From: Myxococcota bacterium
GTDB taxonomy: Bacteria; Myxococcota_A; UBA796; CAJQPC01
NCBI GenBank assembly: GCA_036012755.1
Contig: DASCPX010000129.1
Span: forward strand, 192,001 to 256,000
Length of the DNA stretch: 64,000 nt
Reading direction: 5' to 3'
Below, one piece after another: positions 1 through 9,514 of this stretch. Below the pieces are notes generated by a model that saw only the letters and a list, made by a program, of their open reading frames with translations, was not told the origin of the DNA and searched no databases. The stretch's first letter is position 1, and each line of letters starts with the position of its first letter. A program made the position numbers and the translations under genes.

Positions 1-2
1 CC

Positions 3-1373
3 TCACATTCCCTGGCTGCGCGGAAGGTACAGGCTCCCCCGCGGATCCGTAGCGAAGGTCTCTGGAAGCTGGGCCACGCCGAGGACTGCCGCCGGTCCAT
101 CCGCCAGCGCGTTGATGCCGGGGAGCTCCGCGATCAGCACCTCGGTGTCCCATGCCACTGGGACCTGGCCGACGTGGAGCTCGGCGATGGTGATCGCGTA
201 GGCCGGAACAGGGCGCCCCTCCAGGCCGGCGAGGCTTCCGCTGTGGACGAGGCGCGGGTCGTCCGGGCGGATCCCGAGCGCCGCCGCCGCGGCCCTGTTG
301 AGCACGGTCACCTCCGCGCCGGTGTCCAGGAGCGCCGGGAAGTGGACCTGGCCGTCGCCGATCTGGACCAGCCACTGGCCGTCCCGGTTGATCGACAGAG
401 GCGTGGCCACCATGTCGGTCTCGAAGTCGTCGAAGGGGACGAGGCGGAGACCCTCTTCCGAGAAGACGGCTACCCCTCGACCGAGCACGTCCTGACCGAG
501 CAGGGAAAACGGCGAGTGCTCGATGATGGCGACGCCGCCGAGCGGAACTGGCTGAGATCGTTCGACGTCCACCTGGCGGAAGGCTGTGCTTCCTCCAGGT
601 GTCGAGGCCAGCTCGGTCAGACCGCCCGGTGGTCCGGATGGCAGCAGGGTCAGGGACGAGCCGGTGTCCACGTGCACCTCGAGCCAGTCGTCGCCTACCT
701 GGATGACGGACTGCATGTCGTTGAGCGGGAACTCGACCGTGTCGGTGAGGAGGACCTCGGCTGGCAGGCTCGGGGGCGTCGCCTCTGCGTCGCGGTCGAG
801 GAGCTCGGTCTCGAAGACCAGCGGGGGCGAGCCGGACAGCGTGCGCGAGGGCAGGCCCTGGTCCCAGGTCCCGATGACTGTGACGTGTGGGTCGAGCATG
901 GGATGACGCTCCTCTGCCCGGCTCAACAGACCCGTCTGCGGGTCGATCCACCAGTGCTCCTCGAGTCCCCAACGCCAGCGGATGCGCAGGTGCCACCCGG
1001 GGTCCTCCGCTCCGAGGTGGACGACCTCGTCGATGTGCTCGCGCCACGCGATCAGCTGGCTCGGGTCGGCGTTGAAGGCCAACTCCTCCAGGCGAGGTCC
1101 CCAGACGCGGCTCCACGTGGGGCGCTTCTCCCAGCCGACACCATCGACGAGCCCCCAGCCCATGCGCAGCCCGCTGAGCTCGAGCCAGGCTTCGTAGTCT
1201 CCGTCGACCCAGGTCTCGGTGAGGGTGCCCTGGAGGTCCTGGACGCGCACGGAGGAGCGCAGGCTCCTGGTCGTGCGGCTGTCGACCTGGGCGGCGTAGG
1301 CGTCGAGGAGAGCCTCTGCCGATGGCGGCTCGATGGGGACGACTGGGGGGCGGCAGGCAAGTAGCAGGATCAT
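3..1373 (-). CDS. Aspartyl protease (retropepsin-like, two domains), predicted lipoprotein
   Basis: Two DTG motifs (VHVDTGSS, LLDTGAEVTVL), each followed by an LG-type motif (LLGQD, VLGVA). The likely start is ATG 1373 (MILLLAC); an alternative ATG is at 1382. Confidence 0.8.
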   Translation of the reverse strand: MILLLACRPPVVPIEPPSAEALLDAYAAQVDSRTTRSLRSSVRVQDLQGTLTETWVDGDYEAWLELSGLRMGWGLVDGVGWEKRPTWSRVWGPRLEELAFNADPSQLIAWREHIDEVVHLGAEDPGWHLRIRWRWGLEEHWWIDPQTGLLSRAEERHPMLDPHVTVIGTWDQGLPSRTLSGSPPLVFETELLDRDAEATPPSLPAEVLLTDTVEFPLNDMQSVIQVGDDWLEVHVDTGSSLTLLPSGPPGGLTELASTPGGSTAFRQVDVERSQPVPLGGVAIIEHSPFSLLGQDVLGRGVAVFSEEGLRLVPFDDFETDMVATPLSINRDGQWLVQIGDGQVHFPALLDTGAEVTVLNRAAAAALGIRPDDPRLVHSGSLAGLEGRPVPAYAITIAELHVGQVPVAWDTEVLIAELPGINALADGPAAVLGVAQLPETFATDPRGSLYLPRSQGM

Positions 1374-1496
1374 GGTGCTCATCGTAGACAGCTGTCGTCA
1401 ACCGGCGACGTGGGGGCTGCGCAAGTGTTCGAGATCGCGTGTTGGACCACATGGCACGAGTCGTGAACCGTAGCTTCGCGAAGCCCTGGAGAAACC

Positions 1497-2234
1497 ATGA
1501 TCCTGCTCTCGTTCTTCCTCCTCTCAGACCCCCTCGTTTCGGCGGCTCACGCCGAGGATGTCGCCGCCTTCGAGTCCAAGGAGATGAACACCCTCTGGGT
1601 CCAGCGGGACTGGGGCGGACACACGGACGAGGCCATCGGGATCCTCGAGGCTGCGAAGGCCGCGAACCCCGACGACTACGAGATCCGCTGGCAGCTCGCC
1701 CGCTTCTACTACTGGAAGGCTGGTACGAAGACCGGCGCCAAGCAGGCGGAATTGGGCAAGAAGGCATGGGATGAAGCCGAGGTCGCGAAGGACCTGGAGC
1801 CCGGCTCGGTCGAGGGTTGGTACTGGGCCGCCGCCTCGATCGGCGCATACAGCCAGGGAGCCGGCATCATGAACGCCGTGAAGGAGGGGCTCGCCGACGA
1901 GTTCAAGGTCAACGCCAAGAAGGCGATCGCCATCGACGGCGGCCATGACCACGGGGGCCCCTACCGTGCCCTCGGGCGCTTCTACACGACCCTGCCCTGG
2001 CCGCTCCAGGACCTCGAGGAAGCCGAGAAGATGTCGGAGAAGGCCCTCGCCGCGGACGACGACTTCGCGATCAACCTCTACTACCTGGCCGATGTCTACA
2101 AGCAGGACGGCGACGAGACCAAGGCGCGCCAGTACGCCACGAAGGCCGCGGCGCAAGACCCGGCGTCCAGCGGAGATCCGCCATCGACCCGCAAGCATGT
2201 CAAGCTGGCCGAAGCCATGCTCGAGGAGTTGTAG
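1497..2234 (+). CDS. Secreted TPR-like helical repeat protein (TatT-like)
   Basis: GGAG RBS, signal peptide ending AAHA, and helical repeats (YEIRWQLARFYYW, GWYWAAASIG, GGPYRALGRFY, INLYYLADVY). Confidence 0.65.
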   Translation: MILLSFFLLSDPLVSAAHAEDVAAFESKEMNTLWVQRDWGGHTDEAIGILEAAKAANPDDYEIRWQLARFYYWKAGTKTGAKQAELGKKAWDEAEVAKDLEPGSVEGWYWAAASIGAYSQGAGIMNAVKEGLADEFKVNAKKAIAIDGGHDHGGPYRALGRFYTTLPWPLQDLEEAEKMSEKALAADDDFAINLYYLADVYKQDGDETKARQYATKAAAQDPASSGDPPSTRKHVKLAEAMLEEL

Positions 2235-3604
2235 TGGCCTTCTGGGAAAGCGGGCTCGTCTTCGACGCCCTGATCGTCGCTGCCTTGCTCTTCGTCGCAG
2301 CGACGCTCCGCAAGATCATCCCGCCGATGCGCGCCCTGGGGGTGCCCGACTCGATGGTGGCCGGCTTCATCGGCCTCGTCTGCGGGCCCACGGCGCTGGC
2401 GCTCTTGCCCTTTGATCCGGAGACGCTGGCGAGCTTCGTCTACCACGGCCTCGCGCTGGTCTTCATCGCCGTCAGCCTGCAGTCCCCTGCAAAGGGCAAG
2501 GGCGGCGGCGGGGCGACCTCCGTGGCCTTCGCCATTCCTTTCTTGGCTGTGCTGCAGGGTCTGGTCGGGCTCCTGGCGGTGCTCGCCTTCTCCGCTTTTG
2601 CCGTCGAGAAGATGCACCCGGGCATGGGACTCATGCTCCCCTTGGGCTTCAACCAGGGACCCGGCCAGGCCCTGTCACTCGGGCGCAGCTGGGAGGCATC
2701 GGGCTTCGCCAGCGGCGGCGAGATCGGCCTCATCGTGGCTTCGATGGGCTTCGCGTGGGCGGTGTTCATCGGCGTCCCGCTGGTCGCGTGGGGTCGCAAG
2801 AAGGGCTGGGCCGCCGATCCAGGATCTGGAGCCGAGTCCACCGAGGTCGACCAGGTGGAGCGCGTGGTGCCCCCACCGGGTGCTGGCGCGCTGGAGCTCC
2901 TCTCGACCCAGGCGGTGTGGATCGGGCTGGTCTACCTCGCCACCTACGGCATCCTCTACGGGCTGGCGTCGCTGCTGGCGGACAAGCCCCAGTTCGCGGC
3001 CATGGTCTGGGGCTTCCACTTCATCATCGGGACCTTCCTCGCCCTCGGGGCGCGCCGCCTGCTGGATCGGCTCGTGCCGAGACACCAGCTGGAGGACCGG
3101 CTGCTGGGCCGCATCTCTGGAACCACCGTCGACGTGATCACCTGTTCGGCGATCGCCGCGGTGAGCCTGACCGTCTTTCGGGCCAACCTCGTGCCCATCC
3201 TCGTACTCACCTCGCTGGGCGGTCTGGCCACGCTGTTGTCCTGCATCTGGCTGGCTCGTCGGGCCTTCCCCTCGGCGCCCTTCCAGCACGCGGTGGTCAT
3301 GTTCGGCGCCGCCACCGGCACGCTCCCGACTGGACTCGCGCTGTTGCGCATCATGGACCCCGAGATGAAGGGGCCGGTGCCCGCGAACGTCGTGCTCGGC
3401 GCCGCTGGCGCGCTGGTCCTCAGCATCCCGTTGCTCATCGTGGTGCTGCCCATTCCGATCGCCGGCTTCGAGCACGACTACTGGGGCTCCATCTGGCTGG
3501 CAGTGGGCATCTTGTGTGTGTACATCGGGCTGTTGCTGGTGGGCTGGCGTCTCCTCGGTCCGCTACGCTTCGCGCGACCGTGGAGGCGCTTCTGGCCGGA
3601 CTGA
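2234..3604 (+). CDS. gltS: Sodium:glutamate symporter family protein
   Basis: 456 aa with about 12 TM segments and the GltS-type motifs LGFNQGPGQA and FGAATGTLPTGLALLRIMDP. The GTG start overlaps the upstream TAG. Confidence 0.8.
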   Translation: MAFWESGLVFDALIVAALLFVAATLRKIIPPMRALGVPDSMVAGFIGLVCGPTALALLPFDPETLASFVYHGLALVFIAVSLQSPAKGKGGGGATSVAFAIPFLAVLQGLVGLLAVLAFSAFAVEKMHPGMGLMLPLGFNQGPGQALSLGRSWEASGFASGGEIGLIVASMGFAWAVFIGVPLVAWGRKKGWAADPGSGAESTEVDQVERVVPPPGAGALELLSTQAVWIGLVYLATYGILYGLASLLADKPQFAAMVWGFHFIIGTFLALGARRLLDRLVPRHQLEDRLLGRISGTTVDVITCSAIAAVSLTVFRANLVPILVLTSLGGLATLLSCIWLARRAFPSAPFQHAVVMFGAATGTLPTGLALLRIMDPEMKGPVPANVVLGAAGALVLSIPLLIVVLPIPIAGFEHDYWGSIWLAVGILCVYIGLLLVGWRLLGPLRFARPWRRFWPD

Positions 3605-4317
3605 TCCAGCGGGTCTCGCTCGGTGATCGCGCGGCGGTCATCGGCGACATCCACGGCTCGGCCGATCTGCTCCGGCGCTTGCTGGGGCAACTCGAGGGGC
3701 TGCCCATCGTCGTCGCCGGCGATCTCTGTGACCGGGGCTCCGACACGCGGGGCGTGCTCGATCAGCTCGTCGCTGTCGGTGCGATCGGAGTCCTGGGCAA
3801 CCACGACCTGTGGCTGCGTGACTGGGCAAACGGCCGCGGCTTCGACGACTTCGCGCTGCACCGGGCGATGGGTGGACGAGCGACGCTGGCGAGCTACGGC
3901 GTGGACCCCGAGAGCTCCGTCGCCCAGATCGAAGCGGCCTCCTGGCGCGTTCCGGAGTCCCACGGTCGATTCCTGGACGGCCTCCCCCTTGCCCTGTCGG
4001 TCGGTGTCGGCGGCGAGGACTTCTGGGTGGTGCACGCGGGGCTGCTGCGCCAGCTGGAGTTTCCTCCGGAGCCTCGCCGGCGCGTGGACTGGCTCGTCCG
4101 GACCCACGGGGAGCGAATGTGCTGGGGCAAGTGCCACCCTGTGCAGTGCGTCGAGGCCGACGTGCCGGTTGTGATGGGGCACGTGCCGCTGTCCGCCCCA
4201 GAGGACAACGGCCACTGCGTCGCGATCGACACCGGAGCGGGGACATGGGGAGAGGCGGGCTGCCTGACGGCCTTGATCCTGCCCGAGCGGCGCTTCCTCA
4301 GCGTGTCAGGGCTGTGA
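3580..4317 (+). CDS. Metallophosphoesterase (PPP/PrpA-like Ser/Thr phosphatase)
   Basis: GDIHG, GDLCDRG, GNHD, VHAG, GHVP and IDTG motifs. The start is uncertain (GTG 3580 or CTG 3601). Confidence 0.85.
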   Translation: MEALLAGLIQRVSLGDRAAVIGDIHGSADLLRRLLGQLEGLPIVVAGDLCDRGSDTRGVLDQLVAVGAIGVLGNHDLWLRDWANGRGFDDFALHRAMGGRATLASYGVDPESSVAQIEAASWRVPESHGRFLDGLPLALSVGVGGEDFWVVHAGLLRQLEFPPEPRRRVDWLVRTHGERMCWGKCHPVQCVEADVPVVMGHVPLSAPEDNGHCVAIDTGAGTWGEAGCLTALILPERRFLSVSGL

Positions 4318-5005
4318 GCGTGAAGAGTTCGTCGTCGAGGCCGGCGTCGAAAGCGACCTCGTTGACGGTCGCCTCCGTGGAGGTGCCCTTGTCGTTGTCG
4401 AGGACGTGGAGGGTGTGGGCGAGGTTGCGCGGCCCGACGTCGCGGTAGTCCGTCAGCGTCACCGTCCGGATCCTGACGTTGTCCTCGTCCGAGTACTCGA
4501 TCACCGAGGGGAGGTGGTCGTCCGGCCGGACCCACATGCGCACGTGGTGGTGCTCGTGCTGCTTGGGGTCGTTCGGGGTCAACAGCAGGGTCGTCATCTC
4601 GCCGTCGGTGCCCTCGACGATCGCGCTGTACTCCTCCGACCAGGACAGGCGCGAGAGGTCGTCGATGCTGAAGTCGGTGCCCATGAAGGCGTCGCTGCGC
4701 TGGTCGCCGACCACGCGCTTCGGTCGTCCGTAGGCGGGCAGGTAGACGTAGACCGTCTCGCCGTCGGGCACGAGCAAGCCGATGCCAGCGAGCCTCGCCG
4801 GCTCCGTGTAGCGAACGAGGCGCTTGTCGTCGCCCTTCTGCCAGATCTCGAGCGTGCGCTGGGCGCTCTCACCCTTGTCGTCGGTGACGACGACGTCGAG
4901 CACCAGGTGGGCGTCGTCTCCGGCGTTGTTGGCGGCGTCGACCTTTGCGAGCAGGGCGTCGCCAGCTTCGTCGGCGAGAGCGAGCGCGAGGAGCGTGTGG
5001 AGCAT
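4298..5005 (-). CDS. Outer membrane lipoprotein-sorting protein (LolA-like fold)
   Basis: Motifs KRLVRYTEPARLAGIGLL, YVYLPAYGRPKRV and FMGTDFSIDDL. Short signal MLHTLLALALA. Confidence 0.8.
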   Translation of the reverse strand: MLHTLLALALADEAGDALLAKVDAANNAGDDAHLVLDVVVTDDKGESAQRTLEIWQKGDDKRLVRYTEPARLAGIGLLVPDGETVYVYLPAYGRPKRVVGDQRSDAFMGTDFSIDDLSRLSWSEEYSAIVEGTDGEMTTLLLTPNDPKQHEHHHVRMWVRPDDHLPSVIEYSDEDNVRIRTVTLTDYRDVGPRNLAHTLHVLDNDKGTSTEATVNEVAFDAGLDDELFTLTALTR

Positions 5006-5052
5006 GGCGCCTGGATATCGCGCCCTGGTAGCCTTGCCGCGCGAGGGCACAG

Positions 5053-5215
5053 ATGGTCTGGCTGTTGGCGTGCATCGGCAAGTGGGGCCTGTTCTCCGAT
5101 GACAGCGGGCGGCGACTGCGCGATGGGGGACGTCGCTGGCTTCCTCAGAGCTCTGTGACCCCAACGAGTACGGGCCGCCCGAAGGCGACCCGCATCGGTT
5201 CCAGCGGGGCTGGAC
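5053..5215 (+). pseudogene. Probable remnant of a lipoprotein gene
   Basis: Purine-rich RBS-like sequence then MVWLLACIGKWGLFSDDSG. Protein-like segments continue in the other two frames (GGDCAMGDVAGF; ELCDPNEYGPPEGDP). Confidence 0.35.
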
Positions 5216-5907
5216 TCAGATGGCGTGCTCGTTCTCCGGCTCGTCCGGGTCGACCTCTGCGCCCTCGTCGTCGATGGGCTCCTCGGGCGTGACGCTCGAG
5301 ATGTCGTAGTCGCCCGCGCGGCTCGCGTCGTAGTCCGTCTCCAGACGCAGGCTGGCGCCGATGCTCACGTCGCCGACCTGGCAGCCGCCGGCCCACTCGT
5401 AGATGATGACGCCGTCGTCGATGGTGCTGTTGTCCTCTGCGAAGGCTCCCTCGACCGTGCCGACGCCGATCGCGGCGCAGTTGCCGTTGGCGCCCAGGCC
5501 CAGGCCCAAGAGCATCACGAAGCTGCCATCGGGAGCGAGCGTGCCGCCCATGCGCTGGCCGGGGGTGCCGCGGTCTTCCGAGAGGTTCACGAAGTTGAGC
5601 AGGTCGTAGTCGGTGCCCCAGGGCTGGTCGACGGCGACCTCGTTCCAGAAGTTCTCGCTCGGGCACTCGACGCCCTCATCAGAGCAGAGCTGGCTGATCT
5701 CGAAGAACTCGCCGTTGTACTCGACGGTGGCCTCTTCCCGGAGATGACCTCGGCGACGAGCTCGTCGTTGATGTAGACGCGCATGTTGTCGACATACTCG
5801 ACGTCGTAGTTGCCCATGCGGTCCTGGGGCTCTTCGAGCTCACCACAGGCGGTCAGGGCTGTGACGGCGACGGCGATGCAACAGAGGCGAAGGATGTTGG
5901 TACGCAT
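5216..5907 (-). pseudogene. Lipoprotein of unknown function split by a 1-nt frameshift
   Basis: MRTNILRLCCIAVAVTALTAC with a GGAG RBS. One extra G in the GGG run at 5737-5739 joins ...VISG to EEATVEYNG... and gives one ~230-aa ORF ending at 5216. Confidence 0.7.
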
Positions 5908-5977
5908 TGTGTGTGTCTCCATAGAGGCAGCGGGTTCGTCTGCGTGCCTCGGCAAGTGAGACCCACGGCTCCACGAC

Positions 5978-5995
5978 AGAGAAAACGATTTCTCT
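5978..5995. promoter_or_regulatory. AT-rich near-palindrome, candidate operator
   Basis: AGAGAAAACGATTTCTCT (7-bp arms) lies in a GC-rich intergenic region upstream of the 5907 gene. Confidence 0.35.
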
Positions 5996-6018
5996 TACGT
6001 CTCCCTCACCCTGATCCC

Positions 6019-7881
6019 TCAGTAGAGGTAGATCTCCAGGTTCGTGCTGCCTTCTGAGCCGTCAGCGCTCCCCACGACGAAGACCCTGGAGTCCCCCACG
6101 CCGAGGTACTCGTAGGTCCAGGCGTCGTCTCCCCAGTCGTCGTTGCTGCAGCTCGTGATGGCGCCCCCGCACTCCTCCAGCGCGTAGAGGATCGTGTCTC
6201 CCTCCGAGCCGTTGGTGTGGAAGATCCACCAGCCGGGGGCGTTGGCGTTCCAGGTGAAGGTCTCGGCGTCGTGGAGCACGCCGCAGGTCCCCGTGATGCC
6301 CTCGCCGTTTCCGGCGCGTTCCCAGGAGGTCGAGACCCCTCCGCCGCCGAGGTCGACATCGGCACAGGAGGGCGGGCCCAGGATCTCGAGCTCCGAGCTC
6401 TCCACGAGCAGCGTCACCTCCTGGCTCTCTGCGAGGGTCGCCGAGACCGAGCCGGTCCCACAGGCCAGCTCCTCGCCGAGGCAGTCCCCGTCGAGCACCG
6501 CGACGGTCTCGCCGACGAAGACGTAGTCCCCATCGCTGGGAGCGGCCCAGCCGAGCAGGACCTCGTCTCCGGCCTCTCCGCAGCTGGCCTCGAGCCAGTC
6601 GTGCCACGCCTCGGGGAGCTCGACTTCACCGGTGCCCTCGACGTCTGTGTCGGGGCACTCGTTGCACTCGATCGTACCCGCGCAGTCGGAGTCGTCGCAG
6701 TCGGTGACGCCATCGCCGTCGTCGTCGAGGGTGTTGGTGCAGTCGCGCTCGAATCCCCACCAGTCCGTGCCGGAGAAGTCGATCGGATCGACACCGAGGA
6801 AGGCCCGCATCGTCGGCGCCACGTCCAGGTGTGAGGCGCCGTCGAGCTCGGTGGCGAGGAGCGAGGGGCCGGCCAACAACAGCGGCACCGCCTGGTAGTC
6901 CTCGCTCATGGTGCCGTGGGTGCCCCAGGCGTCCCCGCCGTGATCGGAGGTCATGACGATCAGCCACTCCTCGCTGGCGATCTCCGGCCGCTCCAGCAAG
7001 ACGTCCACGAGCTGGCCGAGGTCCTCGTCGAGGTCTTCGAGGGCAGCGACGTACTCGGGATTGTCGGCCGAGAAGCCGCCGGAGTGTCCGGCGGTGTCCA
7101 GCGCGTGCAGCTCGACGAGGTAGACCTGCGAGAGCCCTCCACGCAGTGCCCCGAGAGCCTCCTCGAGCACATCCTCGTCGGCGTCGACGGCGATGAGATC
7201 CGAGAACCCCACCCACTCTGCCCCAGCCCAGATCCGCTCGTCGAGGTCCTCGAAGGGGTCCATCGTCAGGGGGATGCCGTCGGTCCAGACGCCGTGGCTC
7301 TCTGTGCCGGTGAGCACGCTCGCCCAGCCCGGTCCGCAGGTCGTCAGGTCGGTGGTCTGGGTGGTAGCGGTCGCGATGACCCCCCAGGCCGCGAGCCGGT
7401 CGATGTTCGGTGTGTCCACCAGGGGCAGGACCTCTGCGTCGAGGCCGTCCGCGGCGACCAGCAGGACGTCTCGGGAGCTGGCCTCCTCCGGAGATCTCAG
7501 CATCTCGAGGCTGACATCGATCCGCGCAAGGACCTCTGCAGAGTCGCTGTCGTGGAGGGTGATGTGAGCTTCGTGCCGACCGCTCGCGGCGGCCCAGGGA
7601 TCCGCGGTGAGAGTCAGGACTCCGTCTTCGATCGAGGCCCCCAGCCAGGTCTCGGAGGACAGGGCGACGAAGGCATCGCAGGGCTCGGCGAGGACCTCGA
7701 GGTCCCGCTCCACCGAGGGTGTGTCCTCTCCCTGCCACCAGGACCAGAGGACCGGATCCGTGTCGATCGACAGACTTCCGGAGCGCTCGCAGGTGGCCGT
7801 GTCCTCGAGGATCACGGTCTCGGTGGCGCCCGGTGGCGTGATGTGCGTCTCTTCGACGACGCAGGCGAGGAGCCAGATCAT
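6019..7881 (-). CDS. Alkaline phosphatase / nucleotide pyrophosphatase superfamily lipoprotein with BACON-like N-terminus and Cys-rich C-terminus
   Basis: VLLVAADGL, TTCGPGWASVLTG, LDTAGH, TSDHGG and HLDVAPT motifs. Start MIWLLAC overlaps the upstream stop (ATGA) and has an AGGAGG RBS. Confidence 0.8.
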   Translation of the reverse strand: MIWLLACVVEETHITPPGATETVILEDTATCERSGSLSIDTDPVLWSWWQGEDTPSVERDLEVLAEPCDAFVALSSETWLGASIEDGVLTLTADPWAAASGRHEAHITLHDSDSAEVLARIDVSLEMLRSPEEASSRDVLLVAADGLDAEVLPLVDTPNIDRLAAWGVIATATTQTTDLTTCGPGWASVLTGTESHGVWTDGIPLTMDPFEDLDERIWAGAEWVGFSDLIAVDADEDVLEEALGALRGGLSQVYLVELHALDTAGHSGGFSADNPEYVAALEDLDEDLGQLVDVLLERPEIASEEWLIVMTSDHGGDAWGTHGTMSEDYQAVPLLLAGPSLLATELDGASHLDVAPTMRAFLGVDPIDFSGTDWWGFERDCTNTLDDDGDGVTDCDDSDCAGTIECNECPDTDVEGTGEVELPEAWHDWLEASCGEAGDEVLLGWAAPSDGDYVFVGETVAVLDGDCLGEELACGTGSVSATLAESQEVTLLVESSELEILGPPSCADVDLGGGGVSTSWERAGNGEGITGTCGVLHDAETFTWNANAPGWWIFHTNGSEGDTILYALEECGGAITSCSNDDWGDDAWTYEYLGVGDSRVFVVGSADGSEGSTNLEIYLY

Positions 7882-9434
7882 CGGCGCCTCCTGATCACCA
7901 GCAACGCCAACAACCAGGGAGCCAGCGCCACGCCGCCACCGCAGCCGCAGCGCGGTTCGGGTTCGAAGGGTGGTGGTGTGGCGGCCGGCGGCGTGCTGTC
8001 TGCCACCGGATCTGAGTCCACCACGGATGTGTCGATGGGTGGGTCGGACTCCTGGGGTCCTGTGTCGATGGGGCCCTCTGCTTCGATGCAGGTCAGGGTC
8101 CAGGTGTGGGTGTCCGTCAGCGCTCCGTCGGTGTCCAGTCGCACGATGGCGGTCGGATCCGACACGGACAGGATGATCTCGTGGCTGACGAGGTCCTCGC
8201 AGGTCACACTCAGCTCCGAGTCGCTCCCGGCGTCCGCCCCGTCGAGGGTCCAGGACAGCACCATCGAGTCGTCGTCCGGACCCAACACAGTTGCTGTGAA
8301 GACCTGCTCCTCGCCGATCTCCAAGGTAGCCTCGTCCTCTGGGATCGTGTCGACCACCAGCTCCGAGAGGTGCTCGTACATCACGACGAGTCCGTGCTCT
8401 TTGCACACCGGACAGAAGTCCTTGTAGAGCGTGTACATCAGGCAGTCCCCGTTCGTGGGACTGTGCCAGTCGGTGTAGGAGCAGGGGGTGAAGGCGCCGA
8501 TCCCCTCGACGTCCAGCCACTGGCTCCAGGTGGAGCCATCTGACTCCGAGCTGCAGTTCGCGCCGGCCCCAGAGCCCCCGTAGGCGTAGCCGTAGCTGTA
8601 CTCGTCCCACAGCTCCATGAAGTGGTGGCCCAGCTCGTGTACCTGCACCTCGTCGGAGTAGGTCCCCGTGTAGGTGGTGCAGTAGGTCGGGCTGCCCATG
8701 CCGCCGTAGGTGCTGTCGTTGACGAGCACCACGGTCATGTCAGCTGCCGGCAGGGAGCTGTCGATGGCCGCGACGACGGCGTCATCGTCGCAACAGACCA
8801 GGCGATCGGTGCCCGAACAGCCGTAGTAGCAGCCGTACGCCGTGTCCTTTTCGATGTCCTGGCCTGCGTCGTAGTGAGAGGCCCCGGACTCGGCGGAGGC
8901 GGCGTCCACCCGCCAGACGCTGACGAGGCCGCTGTAGCTGGCGTAGGGCTCGCGAGTCAGCAGGTCCGTCGAGAGTCGGTCCACGTCGGAGCGCCAGAGC
9001 TCGAGCTCGTCGATGGTGTAGCCGTCGCCGAGGTAGAGGATGTCGATGCGCTCGTCCAGCGGGCCGTCGACGTCGACCGCCACGACGGGATCTGAGGGCG
9101 GGGCGACGCTCAGGCCCACCCGGGCCGAACCCAGCCGGAGGCTGCGGGCGCCGTCAGGCCACTCGATGGCGACCCGGGCGTATGCGGCGTCCAGTTCGAC
9201 GTGGGCGCCTCCTCCTTCCGGGTGGATGATGCCTGCGCGCCGAACATCCATGGGCACCGCGGCGGTGGCGAGGATGCTGCCGTCGGCGGCCAGGATCTCC
9301 AGGTCCCCGGCGGTACGGGACACGACCTTGCCAGGGGCCGCGACGACGCGGACGAGCGCCACACCGGTGTCGTCCACGCGGAGGGTCGCGATCGCGCTGT
9401 CGGCCTGCGCGAGGCCCATCCAGATCAGAAGCAT
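7878..9434 (-). CDS. M64 (IgA peptidase-like) metallopeptidase with MYXO-CTERM-like tail
   Basis: IDILYLGDGYT, HELGH...LWDEY, CLM and FCPVC motifs. C-terminus CGCGGGVALAPWLLALLVIRRRR. Confidence 0.85.
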   Translation of the reverse strand: MLLIWMGLAQADSAIATLRVDDTGVALVRVVAAPGKVVSRTAGDLEILAADGSILATAAVPMDVRRAGIIHPEGGGAHVELDAAYARVAIEWPDGARSLRLGSARVGLSVAPPSDPVVAVDVDGPLDERIDILYLGDGYTIDELELWRSDVDRLSTDLLTREPYASYSGLVSVWRVDAASAESGASHYDAGQDIEKDTAYGCYYGCSGTDRLVCCDDDAVVAAIDSSLPAADMTVVLVNDSTYGGMGSPTYCTTYTGTYSDEVQVHELGHHFMELWDEYSYGYAYGGSGAGANCSSESDGSTWSQWLDVEGIGAFTPCSYTDWHSPTNGDCLMYTLYKDFCPVCKEHGLVVMYEHLSELVVDTIPEDEATLEIGEEQVFTATVLGPDDDSMVLSWTLDGADAGSDSELSVTCEDLVSHEIILSVSDPTAIVRLDTDGALTDTHTWTLTCIEAEGPIDTGPQESDPPIDTSVVDSDPVADSTPPAATPPPFEPEPRCGCGGGVALAPWLLALLVIRRRR

Positions 9435-9443
9435 GGCGCAGTC

Positions 9444-9459
9444 TGGCATGGAGCTTGCG
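9444..9459 (+). promoter_or_regulatory. Sigma54-type (-24/-12) promoter
   Basis: TGGCATG-GAGC-TTGCG has exact GG-N10-GC spacing and lies about 55 nt upstream of ATG 9515. Confidence 0.6.
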
Positions 9460-9514
9460 CGCGCCAAAGCGGGAGGCTGGAGCTCGGCGGGCTACCTCCG
9501 CGCGGAGGTCCCCC

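Noticed and set aside
1452..1467. TGGCACG-N4-GTGAA as a sigma54 promoter
   Set aside because: The -24 element is perfect but the -12 GC is replaced by GA, so support is insufficient.
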